A stretch of DNA of 63,985 nucleotides, the filler included, from Stramenopiles sp. TOSAG23-6 (taxonomy: Eukaryota): NCBI GenBank assembly GCA_900128565.1. It is 5 parts of 5 records of this genome, joined end to end, with 100 filler letters (N's around TTAATTAATTAA, not from the genome) between each part and the next. Parts side by side here need not be neighbours in the genome. Positions count along the whole stretch, not along the records: positions 1 to 12,900 come from LT636184.1; 4 more parts are not named here. One strand, written 5' to 3'. The notes beneath the pieces were generated by a model that ran no database searches, was not told the origin of the DNA, and saw only the letters and a program-made list of their open reading frames with translations. The position numbers and the translations under genes are program-made. Shown piece after piece: positions 1 through 9,873 of this stretch. Each line of letters starts with the position of its first letter. Positions within the stretch are counted from its first letter, which is position 1.

Positions 1-1
1 A

Positions 2-574
2 ACTGCTGCTGAATGGTTTACAAAAGCTGCAAATCAAGGCTTTAGGGACGCACAGTATTTTCTTGGTATATCTTATTATAATGGTGAGGGTGTCACTCAA
101 TGTTTGAAAACTGCTGTAAAATGGTTTACAAAAGCTGCAAAACAAGGCGATATAAAGTCACAGAATAATCTTGGTGTATTTTATGAGCGTGGTATTGGAG
201 TCACTAAATGTTTGAAAACTGCTATAAAATGGTTTACAAAAGCTGCAAAACAAGGTGACATGAACGCACAGAATAATCTTTGTGCATGTTATTTGAATGG
301 TCGAGGTGTCACTAAATGTTTGAAAACTGCAGCAAAGTGGAATGCAAAAGCAGAAAAGCAGATAAAACATGTAGAAGATGATGAAACAAAGAGAGTCATA
401 ATTGCATTCAGCAAATCAACATGTTTTACATGTGGTAAAGAGGGTAAAAACACCAAAATGCTTGTTTGTAGTCGGTGTAAGGCTGTGTCATATTGTTCAA
501 AGAAGTGTCAGAAAATACATTGGAAGAGTACACACAAAAAAGAGTGTCGCAACTCACAAAGTGTAAGCGGATAA
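2..574 (+). CDS. Sel1-like repeat protein with C-terminal MYND zinc finger (5' partial), copy 1
   Basis: Repeated A..WFTKAA.QG...AQ..LG..Y..G.GV Sel1 units; CxxC...[29 protein letters not shown]; frame open from position 2. Confidence 0.9.
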   Translation, partial: TAAEWFTKAANQGFRDAQYFLGISYYNGEGVTQCLKTAVKWFTKAAKQGDIKSQNNLGVFYERGIGVTKCLKTAIKWFTKAAKQGDMNAQNNLCACYLNGRGVTKCLKTAAKWNAKAEKQIKHVEDDETKRVIIAFSKSTCFTCGKEGKNTKMLVCSRCKAVSYCSKKCQKIHWKSTHKKECRNSQSVSG

Positions 575-964
575 AAATAAATTGAAGCAATTTGAATTAC
601 TAAGTCTGTGTGCAATATGTAGATGTAAAGTGTAAAGAAAAAAAATCTCTGTACTCTCTAGGTTAGAAATTAAAGGAGATATCAACAGAAGAAGGGATGT
701 AGAATTGAATAAAAGTAATTTTTGATTTTAATTTTTGATATCAATTTAAATTTTGATAAATAATGATTAGATTTGAATTTAACCAATATCACATCGAATA
801 TTGAATATTCAATAACCAGTCTTCCTGATTATTAGGCTAGGGTTAGGGTTAGAATCTTCGATAATAAATATAGCTGACCAGTGGTACTAGTCGCCTCGTA
901 GTCATACGTAGAACGTAGAGGTAGTTGTGTCGCAGAAGCTACAAAAGCTGCAAATCAAGGCCAT

Positions 965-1818
965 ATGAACGCACAGTCCTCACTTGTAGTACATTATGCA
1001 AATGATACTTGTGAAACTGGTGTTGAATTTCTAAAAAAAGCTGCAAATGTAGGCATTTTGGGAGCACAGTATGAACTTGGTATATGCTATGTGTTAGGTG
1101 ATGGCGTCACTAAATGTTATAAAACTGCTGCTGAATGGTTTACAAAAGCTGCAAATCAAGGGCACATGGAAGCACAGTATAAACTTGGTCGATTGTATGA
1201 GTATGGTCAAGGTGTCACTAAATGTTATAAAACTGCTGCTGAATGGTATACAAAAGCTGCAAATCAAGGACACATGGAAGCACAGTATGATCTTGGTGTA
1301 TTTCATGACACTAGTGGGGGGGGGGTATGGGTGTCACTCAATGTTTGAAAACTGCTGTTGAATGGTATACAAAAGCTGCAAAACAAGGCCATATGAAGTC
1401 ACAGTCCATAATTGGTTTATATTATGCAGAAGGTATAGGTGTCACTCAATGTAATAAAACTGCTGTTGAATGGTTTACAAAAGCTGCAAATCAAGGGTCT
1501 ACAGAGGCAGAGTACTATCTTGCTTTATCTTATTATAATGGTCTTGGTGTCACAAAATGTTTGAAAACTGCAGCAAAGTGGAATGCAAAAGCAGAAAAGC
1601 ACATAAATGATGCAGAATATGATGAAACAAAGAGTTGCATAATTGCACTCAGCAAAGCAACATGTTTTACATGTGGTAAAGAGGGTAAAAACTCCAAAAT
1701 GCTTGTTTGTAGTCGGTGTAAGGCTGTGGCATATTGTTCAAAGAAGTGTCAGAAAATACATTGGAAGAGTACACACAAAAAAGAGTGTCAAAAGAAGAAG
1801 GGATGTAGAATTGAATAA
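965..1818 (+). CDS. Sel1-repeat/MYND protein, tandem copy 2, frameshifted at a G10 run (1316-1325)
   Basis: ORFs 965-1348 and 1327-1818 continue the same Sel1 repeat across the G run; near-identical to copy 1. Confidence 0.8.
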
Positions 1819-2066
1819 AAATAATTTTTGATTTTAATTTTTGATATTAATTTAATTTTTGATAAATAATGATTTGAATTTAACCAATCTAAATCGCAAT
1901 ATCACGCAATATAATATCACATCCGATTATTATTAGGGTTAGGGTTAGCATCTTCGATAGATAGCGATACCCGTATCTTCTCGTGTTTGTTTAAATATTG
2001 ATATCATCAATAATATATCTAATAATTTTGATTGTTTTAGGTTGAGTAAAATACAACTTTACCAAG

Positions 2067-3320
2067 ATGCAGGCTTCTCGAGGTCAATTTTCTGCACCGC
2101 AGTTATCAGTAAGCATAGGGAGTATGAGCAAGCGTAAAGTTGAAACTCCAATCAGTATCGCTAACCAAGCAAAAACTGTTGATCAAGTTTCAAACTTAGA
2201 GTTGGATACTTATGAAAATATATGGAGCTGCATCGATAATTTTTCCAAGAAGAATGGTAGCAGACTTCGAAATATAGATGTCTTTCGTACATTAGATAAG
2301 TCTCGTAAAGGTTTCTTAAGTAATGTAGTAGATTTACAGCTTCGACTGCACCAGATGTCTCCTTCACTTTCTTTCAATACAACCGAAGTTGATGGGTTTC
2401 TTCACTCAATAGACTCAATCTCAGGATACGACGACGATAAGTTACGCCTAAACAATATTGAAAACAATATATTTGTCGTTTACGAGGATTTCAATAGAGC
2501 TTTAACGAATTATCGACGTAGGAAGAACAAAACTCGAAATATCTCCAAGAAGCAAATTTCAACTAAAATACTCATTGACGAAGGCTTCAACGTAGAAAAC
2601 CTTAATCAGTTGAATGTAGAGTCAAAGCTTGGATTAGATGAATGTGAGCAAAAAGAAACGTATTCTAAATTAATGAGACGTAAACTTATTGCAGCTGAAA
2701 AAGAATTGAAAAACCTTTCAACAATGCCAATTCCAACTGTTACCGGAATACCAAATATATTTACTTTAAGCAATACAGCTGAATTTGATAAAATGAATAA
2801 TTCACTTTCTAGCAGTGAAGATGAAGATTCCGCTTATCTTTATTCATCTTATGATGGTAGTACTGATATTTCATCTCACAGAAATAATAAAATTACAGAA
2901 AAACGAATAGCTATAAAAAAAGAGCAACATAAAGTCAATAAAGCTTTAAAAGCAGCTCAAAAAGAGATTTTACTTGGTAAAAAAGAGCTCCAAGAGTACA
3001 ATGCTCAGTTGGCAGTTTCCGAGTTTAAAATCAAAACTCTTCAGAAAATGATTCAACTCATCGTACCAGAAATACAAAATGATAGAAATAGTGAAACTGA
3101 AATAAATAGTGGTATTCTCAATGAAGGCTCTAACTGTCGAGACACTCAGGGACAAAAGGTAAAACTCGACATTTCCATTTTATCACAACTTGACATCGTT
3201 GATAATATTTTACCCCTCTGGGGCAACGATTTTTGTGATACTGATGATATGGATATAAAAAAACAAACTGGTTCTCAGTCTGATATAGAAGAATCAAAAA
3301 CCAAGTTTGATATAGAATAA
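2067..3320 (+). CDS. Hypothetical protein with degenerate EF-hand-like segment and coiled coil
   Basis: 417 aa ORF; VFRTLDKSRKGFL loop; helical C-terminal region. Confidence 0.6.
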   Translation: MQASRGQFSAPQLSVSIGSMSKRKVETPISIANQAKTVDQVSNLELDTYENIWSCIDNFSKKNGSRLRNIDVFRTLDKSRKGFLSNVVDLQLRLHQMSPSLSFNTTEVDGFLHSIDSISGYDDDKLRLNNIENNIFVVYEDFNRALTNYRRRKNKTRNISKKQISTKILIDEGFNVENLNQLNVESKLGLDECEQKETYSKLMRRKLIAAEKELKNLSTMPIPTVTGIPNIFTLSNTAEFDKMNNSLSSSEDEDSAYLYSSYDGSTDISSHRNNKITEKRIAIKKEQHKVNKALKAAQKEILLGKKELQEYNAQLAVSEFKIKTLQKMIQLIVPEIQNDRNSETEINSGILNEGSNCRDTQGQKVKLDISILSQLDIVDNILPLWGNDFCDTDDMDIKKQTGSQSDIEESKTKFDIE

Positions 3321-3389
3321 TAAAAACCCAAAATGTGAAAGATCACTTTTCATATGAATTCACTTAAAANTAGTATTCATTTATAGCTA

Positions 3390-3992
3390 TTAACAAGTTT
3401 TCTTGGCTTCTCTNAGTGTTGAAGAAGATATATTCACCCGACTAGATGGTGGTGGTTCATTTTGAATTTTCCCTTCAGAAGACTGAAAATACGGTGTTGC
3501 ACCTTGACCAGGGTATACTTCATTCCATCCATTAGGCAGAATATATTTCCTGAAACCTGGAATACATTGTGTTTCCTCAAGTACTGCAGCACAATCATTA
3601 TCATCGCCAGGGTTACAGTATCCTGATGCCGTTACACCAGCTATATTTTTCATATTCTTTGACGCTCCACATCGGATTAAGTATGTGGCGATATCAGCAA
3701 GGTCATTTGCACAAGCAACCATTAATGGAGTCGCACCAAGATCATTTCGAACATCCAGATCTGCACCGGACTTTACAAGTTGACGTGTTATTTTCATCCT
3801 TTCTGCATCCGCCATTCGTTTTCCAAACGTGCATAATACGTGAAATGCAGTATTACCACGAGACCCAGCAGTTAAAGCATCGGGGTCACGCCATGCAGCA
3901 TTGCAGTTTGTAGTCTTTAGTAGGTGCTCCACTTTTTTAGCATTTCCAGATTTCACTGCCTGCTGTAGTGTCTTTGAGTTGTTGCAACCCAT
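3390..3992 (-). CDS. Ankyrin-repeat protein with C-terminal WW-like domain
   Basis: GNTAFH, GATPLMVAC, GVTA ankyrin motifs; LPNGW...PYF...Q.EPP WW-like; MGCxxS acylation-type N terminus. Confidence 0.8.
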   Translation of the reverse strand: MGCNNSKTLQQAVKSGNAKKVEHLLKTTNCNAAWRDPDALTAGSRGNTAFHVLCTFGKRMADAERMKITRQLVKSGADLDVRNDLGATPLMVACANDLADIATYLIRCGASKNMKNIAGVTASGYCNPGDDNDCAAVLEETQCIPGFRKYILPNGWNEVYPGQGATPYFQSSEGKIQNEPPPSSRVNISSSTXREAKKTC

Positions 3993-4307
3993 ATAATATT
4001 CTTTGAAGAAGACTCAGCCAATCATAAATTTCTTTGAAGACAAAATCAATTGCTATACTATAGGTGTTTTGGAAATAATTATTCGAAGAAAATTTCGAAT
4101 TTCGTTCGCGCATGTGCATGATTTTTCAGATGAGAAATTTGAAAAATTTTGAATTTCTGAATTTATTAAATAATTACTAGTGTACTTACTGTAGATGTAT
4201 AATTTTTCAAATCATCCCTTCAAATAATATTCCAAGCCTATATATATAAAAATCACACAAAATTAGTGTTGTATAAAATATTAGAATTTTCATTGGCAAA
4301 TAATGAA

Positions 4308-5609
4308 TCAGCAACGTTGTTTTTTAGCATCAAAACTTGAAATATTTGATATTCGATTGAAAAATAATAAACCAGCAACACATTGGTTTTCAGCAGGTGT
4401 AGTAGTATACTGTTTTTTTCGTTTTTTACCACTTAGTACAGTAGATGGATTTTTTGGATTTATCTTTTGCTTTTTCCACATCTTTGCAATTTTCTTGTAT
4501 ACCTCAATAACATCTTCGAAATTAAGTTGTTTTCCTTTTGAAAATTTGTACAGAGAAGAAATTCTCTTGAGAATATTCTTTTTAACATTGTCCTTCAACT
4601 TGGTATTGTTTGACAGACTCTGACTACATAAATTCACTTTTACATTCACTTTTACAACATCACTGCTGTCATTGATTGACTTCTTACTCGAGTTGTAGCA
4701 TTCTTCAACATACAATATGAGTTCATTCTCATCAATACCAAGTTTATCCGCACGGCGAAAATGAGCTTTGATGCGAGCTCCAATCCAACCTTGTACAAGT
4801 CTAGACTTTCGATAAGATGGGATGCCAGCTCCAATCCAACCTTGTACAAGTCTAGACTTTCGATAAGATGGTTGCTTTGCAGCATCAACAAAAACACTTT
4901 GAATTTTCTTTAAAGCAGCACATTGAGACATTTTTTCAACACCTCCAAAATATTTCACACTGTTTAGATCTGTGAACGCATCAATCATACTTTTATGTCT
5001 CAGCGCATCATATGTTGGATTATTACATGGATCGAAAGGTAAACGTGATCTGTCAGATTTCATAAATGTGTCTGACTTTTGTGAGTAAGTGAAAGTCTCA
5101 TTTAACTCTTTAGAATTGTGGTCGAATTTAACAATTATCGAAAAAAAGCCATATCGACGGTACATTGACAGTGTTGAATTACGAGGAAAGAATTTGCTTA
5201 AGTCATCCGGTGTTATCTCAACGAAAATACATAACGAATAATCTTTTATCGTTCGAAGCCTCTCAAAAGGTGGTAACAACTGACGCTCTTGCGAATCCTT
5301 GCGCTCATTTGTGAACAAACCAAGTTTAGTACTTCGTATAATACGTCCGCGAATGATTAGTTCCTGTACTTGTACATATCCGGGAGATCCTCTTGCTATT
5401 GAAGGGTCCAAAGATAACTGAATGAAATCAGTTTTCTTCACATCTTTGTTTAAGTTTGTCGATAACCATTCTGTTTGAGCCCTTCTTTCTTCCCATCTTT
5501 TGAACGCTTTAGCAGCAAAGAACATTTCTCCAAGCTCTGCCGGAGTCGGTTCTCTTATATGTTTACGCTTGAACCATTTGATACACTTTTTGTAATAATC
5601 TTCTACCAT
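4308..5609 (-). CDS. Hypothetical protein with an internal 17-aa tandem duplication
   Basis: 433 aa ORF; PSYRKSRLVQGWIGA twice (DNA 4776-4871, period 51). Confidence 0.6.
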   Translation of the reverse strand: MVEDYYKKCIKWFKRKHIREPTPAELGEMFFAAKAFKRWEERRAQTEWLSTNLNKDVKKTDFIQLSLDPSIARGSPGYVQVQELIIRGRIIRSTKLGLFTNERKDSQERQLLPPFERLRTIKDYSLCIFVEITPDDLSKFFPRNSTLSMYRRYGFFSIIVKFDHNSKELNETFTYSQKSDTFMKSDRSRLPFDPCNNPTYDALRHKSMIDAFTDLNSVKYFGGVEKMSQCAALKKIQSVFVDAAKQPSYRKSRLVQGWIGAGIPSYRKSRLVQGWIGARIKAHFRRADKLGIDENELILYVEECYNSSKKSINDSSDVVKVNVKVNLCSQSLSNNTKLKDNVKKNILKRISSLYKFSKGKQLNFEDVIEVYKKIAKMWKKQKINPKNPSTVLSGKKRKKQYTTTPAENQCVAGLLFFNRISNISSFDAKKQRC

Positions 5610-5830
5610 TATTTATGAAATCAATCAATGTGTGTTTTGTGTTACAAGAGACAAGACGAGAGAGTGAAATGTGACTGACACAGTTGGCGGTTGGAGGAGA
5701 ATAATTTTTGAAAAACTGTCAAAAAAAATGGTTTAAAAAAAAAAAATCTTATCCCTCAAATTCAGAATACTATTCGCACACGCAAACAGTTAGTATTAAT
5801 AGAGATACCGCTTTGTAAGTTACAAAATTG

Positions 5831-6382
5831 ATGGAAGATGCAATAAACAGCTTGCGAAAAAGCAATGATCGAGCTGCAGCTAGAGCAGCTGCAAAAATTC
5901 TCCGTAAGCTGCTTTCAAATGTAGCAAAGTTTCCTGATGATGCTAAATATCGTAAAGTAAAACGAGATAACAAAGTTTTGAAGGCCAAACTTTGGCCCGT
6001 TCCTGGAGCCGAATCACTTTTAATAGCATCTGGCTTTGTGCTTGATGAAGATAGAAATTTAATCCTAAACGTTGAAGATGCAGACATTCATGCCATTGAG
6101 ATAAGACGGGTTAGACATGGACTTTTAATGGTGCATAGACTCTGTGAACACTTTGGTAAAGTGAAAACCGTTCGAAAAAAAACGAGTCGACACGATCTGA
6201 TTGCCAAGGAACGAGAATTGATCATTAAAGAATTTAAGAGTGATAGGAAAGAAAACGTTGATATGCGTGAGGCTCGAGGTCCACCCCGGAAATCTGAGCC
6301 TACTTTGCATGAATTTGGCGGTAAAAACCAAAAAACATTTAGTGACGTTGGTATTGATCTAAATAAGGGTGGCGGTGGATGA
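5831..6382 (+). CDS. PUB-domain protein
   Basis: L.KLLSNV..FPDDAKYRKVK..NK......GAESLL..SGF PUB signature. Confidence 0.8.
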   Translation: MEDAINSLRKSNDRAAARAAAKILRKLLSNVAKFPDDAKYRKVKRDNKVLKAKLWPVPGAESLLIASGFVLDEDRNLILNVEDADIHAIEIRRVRHGLLMVHRLCEHFGKVKTVRKKTSRHDLIAKERELIIKEFKSDRKENVDMREARGPPRKSEPTLHEFGGKNQKTFSDVGIDLNKGGGG

Positions 6383-6851
6383 AAATAGATTATTCACTAT
6401 ATTTATCCTAGAAATATTCACATAAATGTATTATATGTATGTTGAATACATAATAAATACATTAATTGCACTGAAGAACAAAATTCAAAAGGTTTAAAAA
6501 CACATTTTTTGTTCCGAGCAAATGACAATGTGAAAAAATATGCTATGTTACATTCGAAATTTTTCCAACAAAATATAATAGTAGTCGATGAAACATTTTT
6601 ATTCTATTTATATAAAAACAAAGTACAATCTATGATTCATAATTTTTATTCTAGTGTTTTTGCAGAAATAGGTATTATTCCTACTATATACTATATAGAG
6701 GTATATCTTCCTAACCCTAACCCTAACACGTTTTTGAATTTGAAACCGTCGCTATATATGGATACGATATTTTTTGTTGCAGTGGAGAAAAATGAGATAC
6801 GAAAAAGTCTCTTCAATTCAAAATGTTGATTACATTATACTATAAGTAAGC

Positions 6852-8582
6852 ATGACTAATAATCATAGAATCCAAATTAGTACTGGAGATGATCTTAATC
6901 GTGCAAGGATTCGTGGAGGATTTTGGGTACTCTGCTTTTTCACAGTTGTACTATTTTTCAGTTGGTACGAAAAAACAATTAGTTCTAGCTTTCGTCGTGA
7001 AAATGAGTTTGTAGAAGTTGACTGGAAAGCTCAAAATAATAACCACACCAGCATATTTAGTATTATAAATACTTGTAACTCTACGATAGCTAAAAACACA
7101 AATACTTTAGTGAAGCATGTACCGGCTCCATATATGACATTTCATGTCTATGCAATGTCTCTTTGCCAAAAGTCTGCTAAATATATATGCCGATTAATTC
7201 CAGTACTACGACAATATGCGTCCACTGTGCGACTCAAACTTGATTTTATTGGTTCTGGTAATGTTATTATGGGGTTTTCAGAAAGTTTTGGTTCAAAAGG
7301 AGTAGAAGGTGACGCCTATATTTTATGCCAGCAGCAAATTCTCTCTTCGTCGAGCTTTACAACTGAAGGAAACATTAAATTTTTAGACTTTCTCACTTGT
7401 GTCTATGGATCAGATAATTGCAATCATAATAGCGTACCAAATTTGTACAGACTCAAAACTTGTATTTCAAAACAATCAAGTAAAAAGGTTTTTAATGATT
7501 TTAAATTGTGCTTAAAAGGCTACACTGTAGCAAATTTATTAAAGCTTTCATATGATTCAAGTCAAGCCCAGAAAATAAAAAATGCACCGACTGCATATGT
7601 CAGTGAAGGTTGGACTGATTATAGATTTCCCCTCTTCGACAGTGGAAAGAATTCTGTCATTAGTAGTGATGATAATGATGAAATAATGAAGGATGGTGTA
7701 ACTATCGAAAATATTTCAAAATATACTTCGTATATTTCAAAGAAATACAGAAGAAATGGTTGTAATTCTCAGACTACGTCAGAAAGTAATTCTACTGAAA
7801 TGAAAGCTTTAATATGTACTGCTTCTGCAGAGTATGCAAGTTGGAATATCTTGGAGAATATCGACTCAAATATTTCTAAAAGTATAAAAACATCTGAGGA
7901 GCAGAATATAAAGGATAAAAACATAAAAGCGGCGAATTTTCTGAAATCTTTTAGCTTACAGCAACGTGACAGAGCTTGTGGAACTAAAGGTAGCAATGGT
8001 GATGTATGCTCCTTTTCTTTTGTTATTCACCCACTGTCGCATATATATTACTATATACCGTTACTATGTTTGATTGTATTTTTGTATTTATTAGCAGTTC
8101 GGGTTCGTAAAGGATACGAACGTTTAGTAAGACAATATCATAGCAATGATGGAGCAGCGAATTCCCATAGGAGTACTCATAATGGTATACAACTAATAAG
8201 TCTTAATGAAGTTATGCGTATACTTCCACCTGTTGTTACAGTTGATATAGGAAGAGATGACGGTAGACCGAGTAGTAGGGGACTTTCAAAAAAGGATATA
8301 CAAAAATTAGATACAGTTACTGTAGCTAATGATTCGCCCTACTTCTTGGAAAAAAGTACATGTAGTATATGTATGGAAATTATTCAAGTAGGCGAAGAGT
8401 TGTGTAAACTTAAATGTCGACATAATTTTCATATATCATGCCTTAGTGAATGGCTACAATTGAAAAATGAATGCCCTTCTTGTAGACAGCCGGTCATTAC
8501 ATTTAGTACTGCTGTTGCCGATGCTATTGTAGATGATAGTAATGAAACAGAAGTTAGTAATAATATTGAATCGATTCCATAA
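6852..8582 (+). CDS. Membrane RING-H2 E3 ligase with GILT/thioredoxin-like luminal domain
   Basis: N-terminal TM, VYAMSLCQKS (GILT-like CxxS), second TM, CSIC...C.HNFH..CL..W.....CPSCR RING-H2. Confidence 0.8.
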   Translation: MTNNHRIQISTGDDLNRARIRGGFWVLCFFTVVLFFSWYEKTISSSFRRENEFVEVDWKAQNNNHTSIFSIINTCNSTIAKNTNTLVKHVPAPYMTFHVYAMSLCQKSAKYICRLIPVLRQYASTVRLKLDFIGSGNVIMGFSESFGSKGVEGDAYILCQQQILSSSSFTTEGNIKFLDFLTCVYGSDNCNHNSVPNLYRLKTCISKQSSKKVFNDFKLCLKGYTVANLLKLSYDSSQAQKIKNAPTAYVSEGWTDYRFPLFDSGKNSVISSDDNDEIMKDGVTIENISKYTSYISKKYRRNGCNSQTTSESNSTEMKALICTASAEYASWNILENIDSNISKSIKTSEEQNIKDKNIKAANFLKSFSLQQRDRACGTKGSNGDVCSFSFVIHPLSHIYYYIPLLCLIVFLYLLAVRVRKGYERLVRQYHSNDGAANSHRSTHNGIQLISLNEVMRILPPVVTVDIGRDDGRPSSRGLSKKDIQKLDTVTVANDSPYFLEKSTCSICMEIIQVGEELCKLKCRHNFHISCLSEWLQLKNECPSCRQPVITFSTAVADAIVDDSNETEVSNNIESIP

Positions 8583-8949
8583 AATTCAACTCCAGAGTAA
8601 TTATTTAAAAACTTTTTATATTTCTTTATTTAATTTTTTCCCAAATTAAAATTTGCTCTCCCGTTTTTACTTTATCATTTGATTTCAAAAATGCCTTTTC
8701 AATGATTGTAAGAAATGTTGCCGTTTCTTTACTTACAATTTTAAAGAATATTTTTTTGTTAAGCCATCAGCAAGTAATCTGGGTAGGGAGTGAGGGTATC
8801 ATTTGTGTATGAAATATCGATCAAATATCTATTTTTGAATTGTACAAATTGTCGAAAAATCGCCAAAAAAGTCCCCGGTTTGACAAATCAAACTTGAGTC
8901 AAGACTAAACTCGTGCGATCGGTCACAAAGACTCAAAGTAAAAAACGCA

Positions 8950-9634
8950 ATGATTCGGTCCATAGATGATGCGTCTCGGCCTCCCCCAGCTAAACGTCTC
9001 AAGGTTAGCACTTTGAGTAGTAAATCAACTAAAAATGTAAAATCTCGAATAGGTGGTTGGGCTAATGCTCTATATCGGTATTTAGAGAAACCAATGGCAG
9101 CTGAACTCAAATCTCAGATTGTTAGTGATTTTGGTGACGCCCTATTGATCAAAGATAAATATCCCAAGGCTTCTACACATTTGCTGCTTATACCAAAGGA
9201 AACATTACTTACTGCAAAAACAATTAGTTCTCTTTCAAAAGCTGATTTACCTAACCTCAAAACTTTCCATCAATATGCTTTTGATCNTGTCNAAAAAAAT
9301 NAANAAAGACAAAACTGCCCAGAACCAGGTTCGCTGTGGCTATCATTCTATACCATCAATGAACTTGGTACATCTTCATATTATATCTCAAGATTTCAGT
9401 TCTGTTTGTTTGAAAAACAAAAAACATTGGAATAGTTTCACTACAAAATTTTTTGTTAATCCAAAAATTATATTTGATGAGATCTCTCTGAAGGGAGGAT
9501 ATATTGTTGATAAAGTAGCAGCAAAGTTACTATTGAAGTCAGATCTTTGCTGTCATCGATGTGGCAAAAAAATGAAAAATATGCCAACTCTGAAGAAACA
9601 TATAGAGATATGTATTTGTAATACTATATTATAA
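8950..9634 (+). CDS. APTX: Aprataxin (HIT domain + C2HE zinc finger); apparent frameshift in N-containing stretch ~9287-9304
   Basis: IKDKYPKA..HLL; GYHSIPSM...HLHIISQDF.S.CLKNKKHWNSFTT.FF; CHRC......PTLKKH. Confidence 0.9.
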
Positions 9635-9873
9635 CCAANTTTNTTTTGANTTTTTTTNAATANTATATNATNATAAACGAACCGAACACGAAATCGGGTA
9701 TTCTATTTAATTGAGAAAATTTCATTGATTTGTGTTTCAGTTGTTTACGGTTTACCTATTTTATGACTGGACAGCACAGTGGTCAATAATATATATAAGA
9801 GGTAAACAATTGGAAAATTGGTTGTGTTGACATGTTCGCAGATATTTAGTGCCTGTGTCATATACAGAGAAAT

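Noticed and set aside
1973-2040. Possible canonical GT-AG 5' UTR intron before 2067
   Set aside because: No reading-frame constraint to test it; unsupported without transcripts.
6509-6829. 106-aa ORF containing PNPNP
   Set aside because: TTG start, AT-rich intergenic composition; the peptide derives from a telomeric tract.
9287-9304. Programmed frameshift in aprataxin
   Set aside because: Coincides with Ns and poly-A; likely a consensus error.
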